A stretch of 64,000 bases of DNA from Nitrosopumilaceae archaeon (GTDB taxonomy: Archaea > Thermoproteota > Nitrososphaeria > Nitrososphaerales > Nitrosopumilaceae). Within the stretch, counting starts at the first letter, position 1. Every line of letters starts with the position of its first letter. The position numbers were made by a program, and so were the translations under genes. A model generated the notes under the pieces. The model was not told where the DNA came from and searched no databases. It saw nothing but the letters and a program-made list of their open reading frames with translations. The stretch is taken from the NCBI GenBank assembly GCA_965203465.1, contig CBDBCR010000001.1, positions 64,001-128,000 of the forward strand, written 5' to 3'. Below are positions 45,994-54,360 of this stretch, one piece after another.

Positions 45994-47871
45994 CTAGGCC
46001 GCGTTTTTCTTCCACCACAGCGCCAGGGCTGCCGGCGCGCCGGCGTAGATTCCGGCGTTGGCCAGCAGCGCCAGGGAGCCGAGGACGAGGAACTGCGCCT
46101 CGGTCTGCGCGTAAGAGACGACGCCGAGCGTGTGCACCATGGGCACAGCTGCCGCCCCCACGATCTGGCGCAGCGCGGGGCTCTGCCTCTCCAGGTCCGC
46201 CAAGGCCGGCGAGAACGAATAGTAGGCGGCGTTGAACGCGGTCAGGAACGCGGCGCCGGCCCCTGTGCCCGCCAAGTCTTGGCGTACTTCGCGCAGTTTC
46301 TGCACGGCGGGGGCAAGCTCGGTGCCGTAGGCCGCCGTGGCCACAAGGCAGCCGCCGCCCTGCTCGGCGCCCTGGGCAGAGGCGAGCGGCACTATCGAGC
46401 CGCGGTCGTAGTAGGACGCGTTGCGCCAGCCGTCGGAGAATTCCCATATGGCGTATTTTATGTGCGCGAGGTCGCCGTTTTCGTTGAGCTCGAAGCTTTC
46501 CCCGACGGTGCCCTCCGAGGCTCCGGGCAGCGCCGCGCGCATCGCGGCGGGGTCGCCGTCGGCGTATTCGGCCGCGTTGCCCAGCGCCATCACCGAGTTG
46601 TACGCGGACGCAGAGTACACCGTGGCCCCCTCGAGCCCGTCGAGCGCCCCGAGGTTCTCGTACATGGCCGGCTGCACCGACGTAAAGCGCACCGCCTCGG
46701 CAAACTCGGCGCCGGCCCCCGAGACGGGCGGCGTGACCGTGTTGGCGTCGGCGCCGAACCAGCGCGCCTGCGCGCCCGCCGCCGACGAGGCGGCCTCGAC
46801 GAACCCGGCCGTCTCTTCAAATCCCACGTATACGACCGCGAGCGGCGGGCACCCGCCTTCGCAGGCGGCCCCGAGGGCCGAGGCCAGCTCCGCCACCGCG
46901 GGATCGTAGTCTGTCCCCCCGTACAGTATCCTGCCCAGAACCTCGGTGCCGGCAGACTCTATGCGCGGCTCCGTCTGGTCAAAGAGCTCCGTTATCCACG
47001 GATCGTCCCTGCCGACCGTTATCGCCGCGGCCGGCCCGGCCGCCGTCACGACGGCCGCGAGCGCCTCGCCGTGGTTGGAGTGGTCCGGCACTGCCCGGAA
47101 CAGCGTGTCCGGCGCGGAGTGGGACACGGTCACGGAGCAGCAGCTGAACAGCACCGAGTCGCGCGAGCGCGGATCCTGCATCACCCGCTCCACCGAGTCG
47201 TCGATGGAGGGGCCGGCGAACACGCGCACGCCCGAATCGTACAGCTCGGCGAACGCCCGGGCGCCCTCCTCGGCCGAGGTGGCCGAGTCGCGCGCCTCCA
47301 AGACCAGGTGGGCCAGCCGGCGCTCCCTTGCGTTAAAGTCGGCCGCGGCAAGCTCCATGGCCTCCATGATTCCGGCCCCGTAGCCGGCAGCCCCGCCGCT
47401 GAGCGGCGCGATGGCGCCGATCCTGACTATGGGCATGTACACGCCGCTGCCGAACGCGTACCCGTCGTGCAGGACCAGGCGCGATCTCTTCATCTCTTCC
47501 GCGCCGGTGGCCGGGTTGGCGAACCGGTATTCCACCCACGCAGAGCCTTCCGAGTCCAGCTCGGCGTTGATCTCCTCGATCGTCTTGTCCGCGTCCACCA
47601 AGTCCAGGCCCGAGGCGCCCACCAGGGCCGGGTCGGAGCCGTGCGCCACGATGCGCCCGTCCCTGTCGAGCACGAACAGGTAGTACTCGTCGGAGGACTC
47701 GCGGGTCAGCCCCTCCAGGCCCGCCTCGTCGTAGGCGGCCAGGCCCGCCTCGATCACGCCCGCCATCCGGTCGTACGGAGGGGGCTCGGGCGTGGTCGCC
47801 TCGGCGGCGCTCCATCCCAACAGGGCGGGGCCGGCCAAGGCGCAGGCCAAAACTACGTACGCTGGACGCAA
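45994..47871 (-). CDS. Surface protein: Cache domain + type I periplasmic-binding (LivK-like) domain + CFI-box-CTERM
   Basis: YLFVLD..G.IVAHG, WVEYRFANPATGAEEMKRS, FGSGVY (Cache); VRIGAIAPLSG, LFRAVPD, FELNENGD; GGCLVATAAYG. Confidence 0.85.
   Translation of the reverse strand: MRPAYVVLACALAGPALLGWSAAEATTPEPPPYDRMAGVIEAGLAAYDEAGLEGLTRESSDEYYLFVLDRDGRIVAHGSDPALVGASGLDLVDADKTIEEINAELDSEGSAWVEYRFANPATGAEEMKRSRLVLHDGYAFGSGVYMPIVRIGAIAPLSGGAAGYGAGIMEAMELAAADFNARERRLAHLVLEARDSATSAEEGARAFAELYDSGVRVFAGPSIDDSVERVMQDPRSRDSVLFSCCSVTVSHSAPDTLFRAVPDHSNHGEALAAVVTAAGPAAAITVGRDDPWITELFDQTEPRIESAGTEVLGRILYGGTDYDPAVAELASALGAACEGGCPPLAVVYVGFEETAGFVEAASSAAGAQARWFGADANTVTPPVSGAGAEFAEAVRFTSVQPAMYENLGALDGLEGATVYSASAYNSVMALGNAAEYADGDPAAMRAALPGASEGTVGESFELNENGDLAHIKYAIWEFSDGWRNASYYDRGSIVPLASAQGAEQGGGCLVATAAYGTELAPAVQKLREVRQDLAGTGAGAAFLTAFNAAYYSFSPALADLERQSPALRQIVGAAAVPMVHTLGVVSYAQTEAQFLVLGSLALLANAGIYAGAPAALALWWKKNAA
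46034..46356. repeat. CFI-box-CTERM coding module, copy 2 (direct repeat)
   Basis: About 96% identical to 41251-41573. Confidence 0.93.
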
Positions 47872-47904
47872 CGGCCGCGGCGGGGAGGGGCGCGTTAATA
47901 GGCG

Positions 47905-48468
47905 TTATGAAAGCGGCCCGGCCACCTGCGGCACGCCCGAGCCCAGGTTCAGCATCGCCGACTCTACGTACGCGCCGGCCAGCAGCAGGGCCAGCACGAC
48001 GCCCACCTCGATGGCCGCCGGCACCAGCTGCCTGACCACCGGCATGCGGCCGGCCATGGCGCCGAACAGCATCGCGCTGCGCGAGAGCGCGATAGAGTAG
48101 GCCACCAGCTCCATTATCCCGAAGGGCGACAGGTACAGTATGGCCAGCGGGGGGATCTGGGCCAGCTGCGGCGCGGTCGTGTATATGGCGGCCACCGCGT
48201 AGCCGGTGGCCCACGCCGCGTACAGCCCCCACGCGAGGCCCGCCAGGGGTATGAACATGGGCAGCGCCAGCGCGCTGTTGTGGAAGAATATGCCCGGCGC
48301 GTCGATGCCGGCTATGAGCGCGTTGAACTGCTCGACGAACTCGGCGGCCTCCTCGTCTTGGACCTCCGAGACCGAGCCTACGTAAAAAACGGTGGTAAAG
48401 GCCGCCAAGACAGCCGCGAACGAGACGATCCGGGGGCTGAGCAACGCGGCGGCCCGGGCCCGGATCAT
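47905..48468 (-). CDS. SpoIIM/DUF95 family membrane protein
   Basis: IFFHNS, PFGIMELVAY, GAYVES; polytopic. Confidence 0.8.
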   Translation of the reverse strand: MIRARAAALLSPRIVSFAAVLAAFTTVFYVGSVSEVQDEEAAEFVEQFNALIAGIDAPGIFFHNSALALPMFIPLAGLAWGLYAAWATGYAVAAIYTTAPQLAQIPPLAILYLSPFGIMELVAYSIALSRSAMLFGAMAGRMPVVRQLVPAAIEVGVVLALLLAGAYVESAMLNLGSGVPQVAGPLS

Positions 48469-48519
48469 ATTTGAGGCTTGGCGCGCATCTTTTAATTTGA
48501 GCCGCCCCGCCCCGCCCCG

Positions 48520-49986
48520 TTGAGCAACGAGTCGGTCGCGCTCGGCTACGCGCTGAAGAGCGGCTTCCAGATACACCCGGCCGCCATGGACGTGCTCAAG
48601 AGGGCCAACCCCCACGACCTCAAGAGGGTGGTGCTCAACCTCATCAGGGAGAACAGCAAAAAGCGCGTCTACGAGATAAGCCTGGGCGACGTGGAGGCCG
48701 CCTTCGGCCTGAGGGACGACGGGCCCATCGAGGCCGAGTACCGGGTGCTGTTCGATCCGACCGGCAGGACCGCCTCGGCCGAGGGCGCCGAGGGGTACGC
48801 GGCCCTCTTTGCCAGCAGGTTCCACAAGATGCGCGCGCTCTTTTCGGGCAGGCCGGAGGCCAGGTCGATAAAACCCATATCCAAGGTGGTGCCGGTCGGC
48901 TCCGCCTCGAGGCCCGAGCTCAAGGCGTTCGGCGAAGCGCAGGAGGCCAGGGAGGACGCCGAGGCGTACACGTGCGGGCTGGTCACCGAGCGCGCCCTGG
49001 ACGGCGAGGCCGTAAAGCTGGTCATAGAGGACATGAGCGGGACCATGGAGGTCTCTGCGCGCGACGAAAAGGTGAGGGAGGCCGCAGAGGCCCTGCTGCT
49101 CGACCAGTTCGTGGTGGTAAGGACCGTGCGCGGCCGCGGCAGGACGCGCTCTGCCAAGGAGATAATACTGCCCGACATACCCGACAGGGAGCAGGCCAGA
49201 TCCGAGACCGACGCGCACGCCGTCTTCGTCTCCGACCTGCACATAGGCAGCAAGCTCTTCATGGAGAAGGAGTTTTCCGAGTTCGCCGCCTGGCTCGGCT
49301 CGCCGGATCCGGTGGCCAAGAAGGTGCGGTTCATGCTTATCGGGGGGGACGCGGTGGACGGCGTGGGCATATACCCCAACCAGGAAAAGGAGCTCGACCA
49401 GCAGACGCTCGGGGAGCAGATGGAAAAGCTCGACGAGATGGTCTCGCTGGTGCCGGCCCACGTGGAGATATTCGTCATCACGGGCAACCACGATCCGGGC
49501 AGGCGGGCCCTGCCGCAGCCGGCCATCCCCCGGGCGTACTGCGGCCGGCTGGCCGACAGGAAGAACGTCCACCTGCTGGGCAACCCCGCCATGGTCTCGC
49601 TCAACGGGGTCAAGGTGCTCATGTTCCACGGCCAGAGCATAGACGACATCGTAAAGACGATGCCCGGCGTCAGCTACCAGCAGCCGACCAAGATAATGAG
49701 GTACCTGCTCATGGCCAGGCACGTGAGCCCCACGTACGGGGCCATGACGCCCATAGCGCCCGAGGCCGAGGACATGCTCGTCATGGACCAGGTGCCCGAC
49801 GTGTTCCACACCGGCCACGTCCACTGCATGGGGATAGAGCGTTACAAGAACGTGGTGATGATCAACGCCGGCACATGGCAGAGGCAGACCGCGTTCCAGG
49901 CCGGCGTCGGCGTGGAGCCGACCCCCGGCATAGCCGTGGTGCTCAACCTGCGCACCATGCAGGCCGGCGAAGTCCGCTTTACATGA
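48520..49986 (+). CDS. polB: DNA polymerase D small (proofreading) subunit DP1
   Basis: VSDLHIGS, GDAVDGVGIYPNQ, GNHD..R.ALPQP, FHGQSIDD, HTGHVH, NAGTWQ.QT.FQ. Confidence 0.95.
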   Translation: MSNESVALGYALKSGFQIHPAAMDVLKRANPHDLKRVVLNLIRENSKKRVYEISLGDVEAAFGLRDDGPIEAEYRVLFDPTGRTASAEGAEGYAALFASRFHKMRALFSGRPEARSIKPISKVVPVGSASRPELKAFGEAQEAREDAEAYTCGLVTERALDGEAVKLVIEDMSGTMEVSARDEKVREAAEALLLDQFVVVRTVRGRGRTRSAKEIILPDIPDREQARSETDAHAVFVSDLHIGSKLFMEKEFSEFAAWLGSPDPVAKKVRFMLIGGDAVDGVGIYPNQEKELDQQTLGEQMEKLDEMVSLVPAHVEIFVITGNHDPGRRALPQPAIPRAYCGRLADRKNVHLLGNPAMVSLNGVKVLMFHGQSIDDIVKTMPGVSYQQPTKIMRYLLMARHVSPTYGAMTPIAPEAEDMLVMDQVPDVFHTGHVHCMGIERYKNVVMINAGTWQRQTAFQAGVGVEPTPGIAVVLNLRTMQAGEVRFT

Positions 49987-51187
49987 GGTCGCGCAGCGCC
50001 TCGTCCTTTGAGAACGTCCGCTTTACCGTCTCTGGGCTGACGGTGAGCGTGTATTTTTTGGTGCGCCCGTGCGTGCCCTGGCTGGACAGCCTGCCGTCCA
50101 CTATGCCCAGCAGGTCCATGTCGCTGAGCATCTGGGTGGCCCTCCTCTGGGTGAGCTCTTTTTCCCCCGCCTTCCTGCACAGCGACCTGTACGCGGCGTA
50201 GATGCCGCCGGTCGGCGCGCCCGGCGCCCTCATCACTGCCACGACCAGCAGTTTTTCGTGGAGCGGGAAGGAGTTGATGGTCACCTCCTCCTTGTTCTCC
50301 TCCATCTTTTTTGCCGCCTCCCGCACGTGCTCCTCGGACACAGAGGCCGCCTGCCGCCGCTCGGCCATCTCTGCCGCCACCCGGAGCAGGTCGATGGCCC
50401 GGCGGGCGTCGCCGTTCTCCTTGCCGGCCATCGCCGAGCACAGGTTGACGGCCGCCCCGTCGACGACCCCCGGCTGGAACGCGGCCTTTACCCGCTCCCC
50501 GAGTATCTCCCTTATCTGGCCCACCGAATAGTCGGTGAAGACGATCTCCTCCTCGCCGAGGCTGCTGACCACCCTTGGATCCAGCCTCTCCTTGAACTTT
50601 AGATCGTTGGATATGCCCACCACCATCAGGGAGCCCGACGAGAGCCTCTCGTTGGCGCGGGTCAGCTGGTACATGACGTCGTTGTTGGACTTTGGTATGT
50701 TCTTCGCCAGGTGGTCTATCTCATCGATGACGACGATGACGTGTATGGAGCCACCCTCCACGGCCTTGAGCAGGCGCCCGAAGACCTCGCTTATCGACAG
50801 GCCGCTGGACGGCAGTTTGGAACTCGAAAGCCCCACCTCCCGGGCCACGGCCACCATGAGGTTGGAGAGGGTCGTCTCCATCTTCGAGTTGGTGTACGCC
50901 ACGCAGAGCCTGAACCTGTCGTTGACGCGGGCCTCCACCTTGGCAAGCACGCTCCGCACTGTCAGCGTCTTGCCGGTGCCGGGCTTGCCGTATATTATGA
51001 GGTTGGACGGCCTCGACTGCCTCAGGACGGGCAGCAGCGCCTGGGCCACCGCTTCCTGCTCCGCGTCCCGGTGCAGTATCACCTCCGGCATGTAGTCGAA
51101 CCTCAGCACGCCCCTGTCCCCTATGAGCGCCCTGCCGCCGTCGGCCGCGTCCAAAAGCCGCTCGACCGGGTCCCCACCCACCTCCAT
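49979..51187 (-). CDS. cdc6: Orc1/Cdc6 replication initiator
   Basis: YGKPGTGKT, VIDEIDHL, LDPRVVSSL, GDARRAIDLL, C-terminal wHTH; start between 51181 and 51193. Confidence 0.96.
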   Translation of the reverse strand: MEVGGDPVERLLDAADGGRALIGDRGVLRFDYMPEVILHRDAEQEAVAQALLPVLRQSRPSNLIIYGKPGTGKTLTVRSVLAKVEARVNDRFRLCVAYTNSKMETTLSNLMVAVAREVGLSSSKLPSSGLSISEVFGRLLKAVEGGSIHVIVVIDEIDHLAKNIPKSNNDVMYQLTRANERLSSGSLMVVGISNDLKFKERLDPRVVSSLGEEEIVFTDYSVGQIREILGERVKAAFQPGVVDGAAVNLCSAMAGKENGDARRAIDLLRVAAEMAERRQAASVSEEHVREAAKKMEENKEEVTINSFPLHEKLLVVAVMRAPGAPTGGIYAAYRSLCRKAGEKELTQRRATQMLSDMDLLGIVDGRLSSQGTHGRTKKYTLTVSPETVKRTFSKDEALRDLM

Positions 51188-51540
51188 TTCCACTCCAGAT
51201 ACCCAAACCAGTCTAAAAGGGCCGGATGATGATATGATTCTCTCTGAAAAAAATTTTTTGAAAAGGCTGGAGTGGAAACGGAAGGGGGTGTGTCGTTAAC
51301 TCAGTGTTAGGGTGGGGTTAAGAGCCGGCCGGGGAGGGCCGATTCCGACCCCTCCATTTCCACTCCAGTCACAAAACGCGGTCTTAACCCGGTTAAGAGG
51401 GGCAGGCAGACCCCTCCATTTCCACTCCAGGCACGAAATCGGCTCCCTGCCCGTTACCCAAGCGGGGCCTGTTAACTCACTTATAAGGCAGAACGACGCC
51501 TCTTAGGTCAACTTTAACACACTCGTTTGTTAACTTTTTT
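51181..51540. other. Replication origin (oriC) with four ORB boxes and an AT-rich DUE
   Basis: CTGGAGTGGAAA(C/T)GGA-G-string boxes at 51181-51198(-), 51267-51288(+), 51349-51368(-) and 51411-51430(-); A/T tract 51245-51264; directly upstream of cdc6. Confidence 0.9.
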
Positions 51541-51586
51541 TTGCGCACGGGTTCAAAAGTGAGGAGGATAGGAGGCAGGCTTACCT

Positions 51587-51946
51587 ATGGGCAGGAAAAT
51601 ACGGATAGGGGTGGAGGACCAGGACGGCACAAAGACCGAGATCCGCATAGAGGGCAACATCACGCAGGAGAGGATACTGCGGGCTCTGGAGGCGGTGAAA
51701 CTGACCGACATAGAGCAGGAGGCCGGGCCCCCGTCGTCCGTCAAAGGCAAGGTGTTGAGGGTGGTAGACAAGTTCTACCCGGCCGGCCAGTTCAGGTCGT
51801 CGGACGTGCTCGAAAAGTACGAAGACGAGTACAACGAGCCCATAAAACACAGCGTGGTCGCCACGTACCTCGCCCGCCACACCAGCGAGAACCGCTTGGC
51901 TAGGACCAAGGCGGGCCGTGAGTGGTTATATACCAGGCAGGGCTGA
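51587..51946 (+). CDS. Small winged-helix protein adjacent to the origin
   Basis: GQFRSSDVLEKYED, VVATYLAR, LARTKAGREWLY; GGAGG SD-like sequence upstream. Confidence 0.78.
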   Translation: MGRKIRIGVEDQDGTKTEIRIEGNITQERILRALEAVKLTDIEQEAGPPSSVKGKVLRVVDKFYPAGQFRSSDVLEKYEDEYNEPIKHSVVATYLARHTSENRLARTKAGREWLYTRQG

Positions 51947-52117
51947 CGACCAGCGTCCAAGCGCGCAGGCGCCAAGGCCGCGCCTGCCCCGTACGCGGCG
52001 CGGGTCGGATTGTGCGATAAAGCGGGCCGGCGCGCCAAAAACGGCGAATTTGTTTGAAAAATGCGCTAAAATAAACAAAACGGCGAGCAGGGGGCGGCCG
52101 CCGCGCACGGCTCCGGG

Positions 52118-52270
52118 CTAAGAAATCACGGCTTTTCTGACCAAAAGACCGTCCTCTACCATGGCCACTTTAACGTAGTCGCCCTTTTGCATGTCCATGT
52201 ATTTCCTGAACTGCTTGGGGATGGATATCGTCCCGGCAGCGGAGATCTTTACCAGCATGCCCTCTTGCAT
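52118..52270 (-). CDS. AbrB/MazE/SpoVT-type DNA-binding protein
   Basis: VKISAAGTISIPKQFRKYMDMQKGDYV. Confidence 0.85.
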   Translation of the reverse strand: MQEGMLVKISAAGTISIPKQFRKYMDMQKGDYVKVAMVEDGLLVRKAVIS

Positions 52271-52546
52271 AATATTCGATTTCACTGAGATTATATATGT
52301 TATATGTTGTTTGGCAACTATTTTCATAAAGTAGAAAATAGAATATTATATTATATTATATTATTAATGAGATAATATGAAAGCGGTGCCCAGAAAAGGT
52401 GAAAAAATCACCGGACGGATCCGGCGGCGCCGGCGACAAAACTCGGCCCGGTTGGCCGGAAACGCCCCGCCAGACGGCCGCGGCCGCGGGCAGGATGAGA
52501 GCCGGGACGACGCGTCTTCTGGCCGCCGGCGGGCCTGCAAACGCGG

Positions 52547-53098
52547 CTACTTTGGGCGGGCCGCCCTCGCCTTTCCTTTCTCGGTCAACGAGTAGCGGAA
52601 CGGCCGCGCGTTGTCCTTTCTCTCGACGAGGCCGTCCTCGTACAGTTTTTTCATCAGGCGTGATATATGCTCCCTGCTCCTACCCAATGTGACCTGAATG
52701 TCACGTGACGTCATGGGCTTGTCCGTGATTAACTGCAATACACGGTCAATCACGCCGTCGGCGCTCATGTTCGGCAACCTCTGCGCCTGGGGGGGCGCGG
52801 GCGGCTCTTTCTCGGCCTCGATAGGGGGCACCTCGGCCTCTCCGGACGCCGTTTCCGGCCTCTCGGGGGCCCTGTCCGGCGCATCCGCGCTTACAGAGAG
52901 CGCGTCCAGTTGTATTTTCATCTCCACGAGCCGATCTTCGTAATATTTCAGGCGCCCGGCCTCTACCGGTTCGGGCCCCATCCTGCGCAGCCGGACGTAC
53001 GGCCTGAGCTTGTAGTAGGCGTACAGCCCTATCAAGCCCGCCAGGAACGCCAATATCATGCCCGCGATCTCGCCGGGTTCGGGGATCTCCACTATCAC
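52547..53098 (-). CDS. Membrane-anchored wHTH (MarR-like) protein
   Basis: N-terminal TM; TSRDIQVTLGRSREHISRLMKKLYEDGLVER, YSLTEKG. Confidence 0.82.
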   Translation of the reverse strand: MIVEIPEPGEIAGMILAFLAGLIGLYAYYKLRPYVRLRRMGPEPVEAGRLKYYEDRLVEMKIQLDALSVSADAPDRAPERPETASGEAEVPPIEAEKEPPAPPQAQRLPNMSADGVIDRVLQLITDKPMTSRDIQVTLGRSREHISRLMKKLYEDGLVERKDNARPFRYSLTEKGKARAARPK

Positions 53099-53192
53099 GG
53101 CCAGTGACGCAATGTCCTATGATTTATCATGTTCGGACAAAAAGAATTGACAAACCCTGCATAGAAAATCACCCGGCGCCGCAAAACACAAA

Positions 53193-53555
53193 TCACATAC
53201 CGCACGCCTGTCTGACGACCTTTTCTATTATCGATGTGACTTCCGCCTCCCGTTCCGGGAACACGTCACTGTTTTTAATGACATCTACCTGTTCCGACAA
53301 CTTTGACATCACGTCCATATCGTCGGGCAGCAACACGCCTAGGCTCTGCAAAAGCACTATGGAATAGTAAAGGCCGGCCAGTTTGTTCCTAGACTGGGCC
53401 ACCTGCCTGTAGTACGCGCCTCTGCTGATGGGAAACTTGGACTCGGCCAAGCCCTTCTGATTCATAATAATTTCTATCTGACGCTTTGTAAAAAGCGATC
53501 TTTTGATGATATCATCGACAATCTTGTTAGATTTGTTCGGTTGACGTTCCGCCAT
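53193..53555 (-). CDS. Hypothetical protein (HTH-like)
   Basis: SLFTKRQIEII, ISRGAYYRQV; open frame between core genes. Confidence 0.75.
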   Translation of the reverse strand: MAERQPNKSNKIVDDIIKRSLFTKRQIEIIMNQKGLAESKFPISRGAYYRQVAQSRNKLAGLYYSIVLLQSLGVLLPDDMDVMSKLSEQVDVIKNSDVFPEREAEVTSIIEKVVRQACGM

Positions 53556-53618
53556 AGCTATACAAATCGGTATGCGGCTCCCCAATTAAATTTTAAGGGA
53601 GGCCGCCGGGCGCGCCGC

Positions 53619-54359
53619 GTGGCCGGAAAGGTGGAGGACGGGCTCCTCTCTGAACGCAGGAAGGGCAGGACGCTCCTCTTCATGCTGGTCGATTCGGAGA
53701 ACCGGCCCCCGGAAGGCGGGCTGGGCGGACTCGCAGAGACGGCCAAGGCGGCCGGCGTCTCGGCCATACTGGTGGGCGGCTCGTCTGCCACCGACCAGGC
53801 GGCCCTTTCGGAGGCCGTCTCGGATCTCAAAAAACCGGGGCTGCCTGTGGTGCTGTTTCCGGGCAACATCACCGGCGTCGTGCCCGAAGCCGACGCCATA
53901 CTCTTCACGTCGCTGCTCAATTCGGAAAACCCCTACTATATCACGCAGGCCCAGGCGCTGGGCGCGCCTACCGTGCTGAAGCTGGGCCTCGAGCCGCTGC
54001 CGACCGGCTACATCATAATCGGCGAGGGCACCTCGGCCTGGTTCGTCGGCTCGGCCCGCGGCATACCGCGCGACAAGCCAAAGATCGCCGCCGCGTATTC
54101 GCTGGCCGCCCGCTTTCTGGGGATGCGCTTCGTGTACCTGGAGGCCGGCTCGGGGGCCCCCGCGCCCGTCACGCCCGAGACGGTCGCGGCCGTGCGCAAA
54201 GTATACGACGGGTTCCTGATAGTGGGCGGCGGCATACGCGACGCGCAGACGGCCGGCTCGCTCTCGGCCGCCGGCGCCGACGCGCTGGTGGTGGGCACGC
54301 TCGTCGAGGAGCGGGGCGCCGGGGGGCTGCAGGAGATAGCGCGCGCCCTGGGGGCCTGA
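53619..54359 (+). CDS. pcrB: Geranylgeranylglyceryl phosphate synthase
   Basis: ILVGGS, LFPGN, SLLNSENPYYI, VYLEAGSGA, VGGGIR; GTG 21 nt after TTTAAG. Confidence 0.93.
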   Translation: MAGKVEDGLLSERRKGRTLLFMLVDSENRPPEGGLGGLAETAKAAGVSAILVGGSSATDQAALSEAVSDLKKPGLPVVLFPGNITGVVPEADAILFTSLLNSENPYYITQAQALGAPTVLKLGLEPLPTGYIIIGEGTSAWFVGSARGIPRDKPKIAAAYSLAARFLGMRFVYLEAGSGAPAPVTPETVAAVRKVYDGFLIVGGGIRDAQTAGSLSAAGADALVVGTLVEERGAGGLQEIARALGA

Positions 54360-54360
54360 C

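Noticed and set aside
51181-51430. Repeated 18-22-mers as a possible mini CRISPR array
   Set aside because: Mixed orientation, irregular spacing, ORB consensus and adjacency to cdc6
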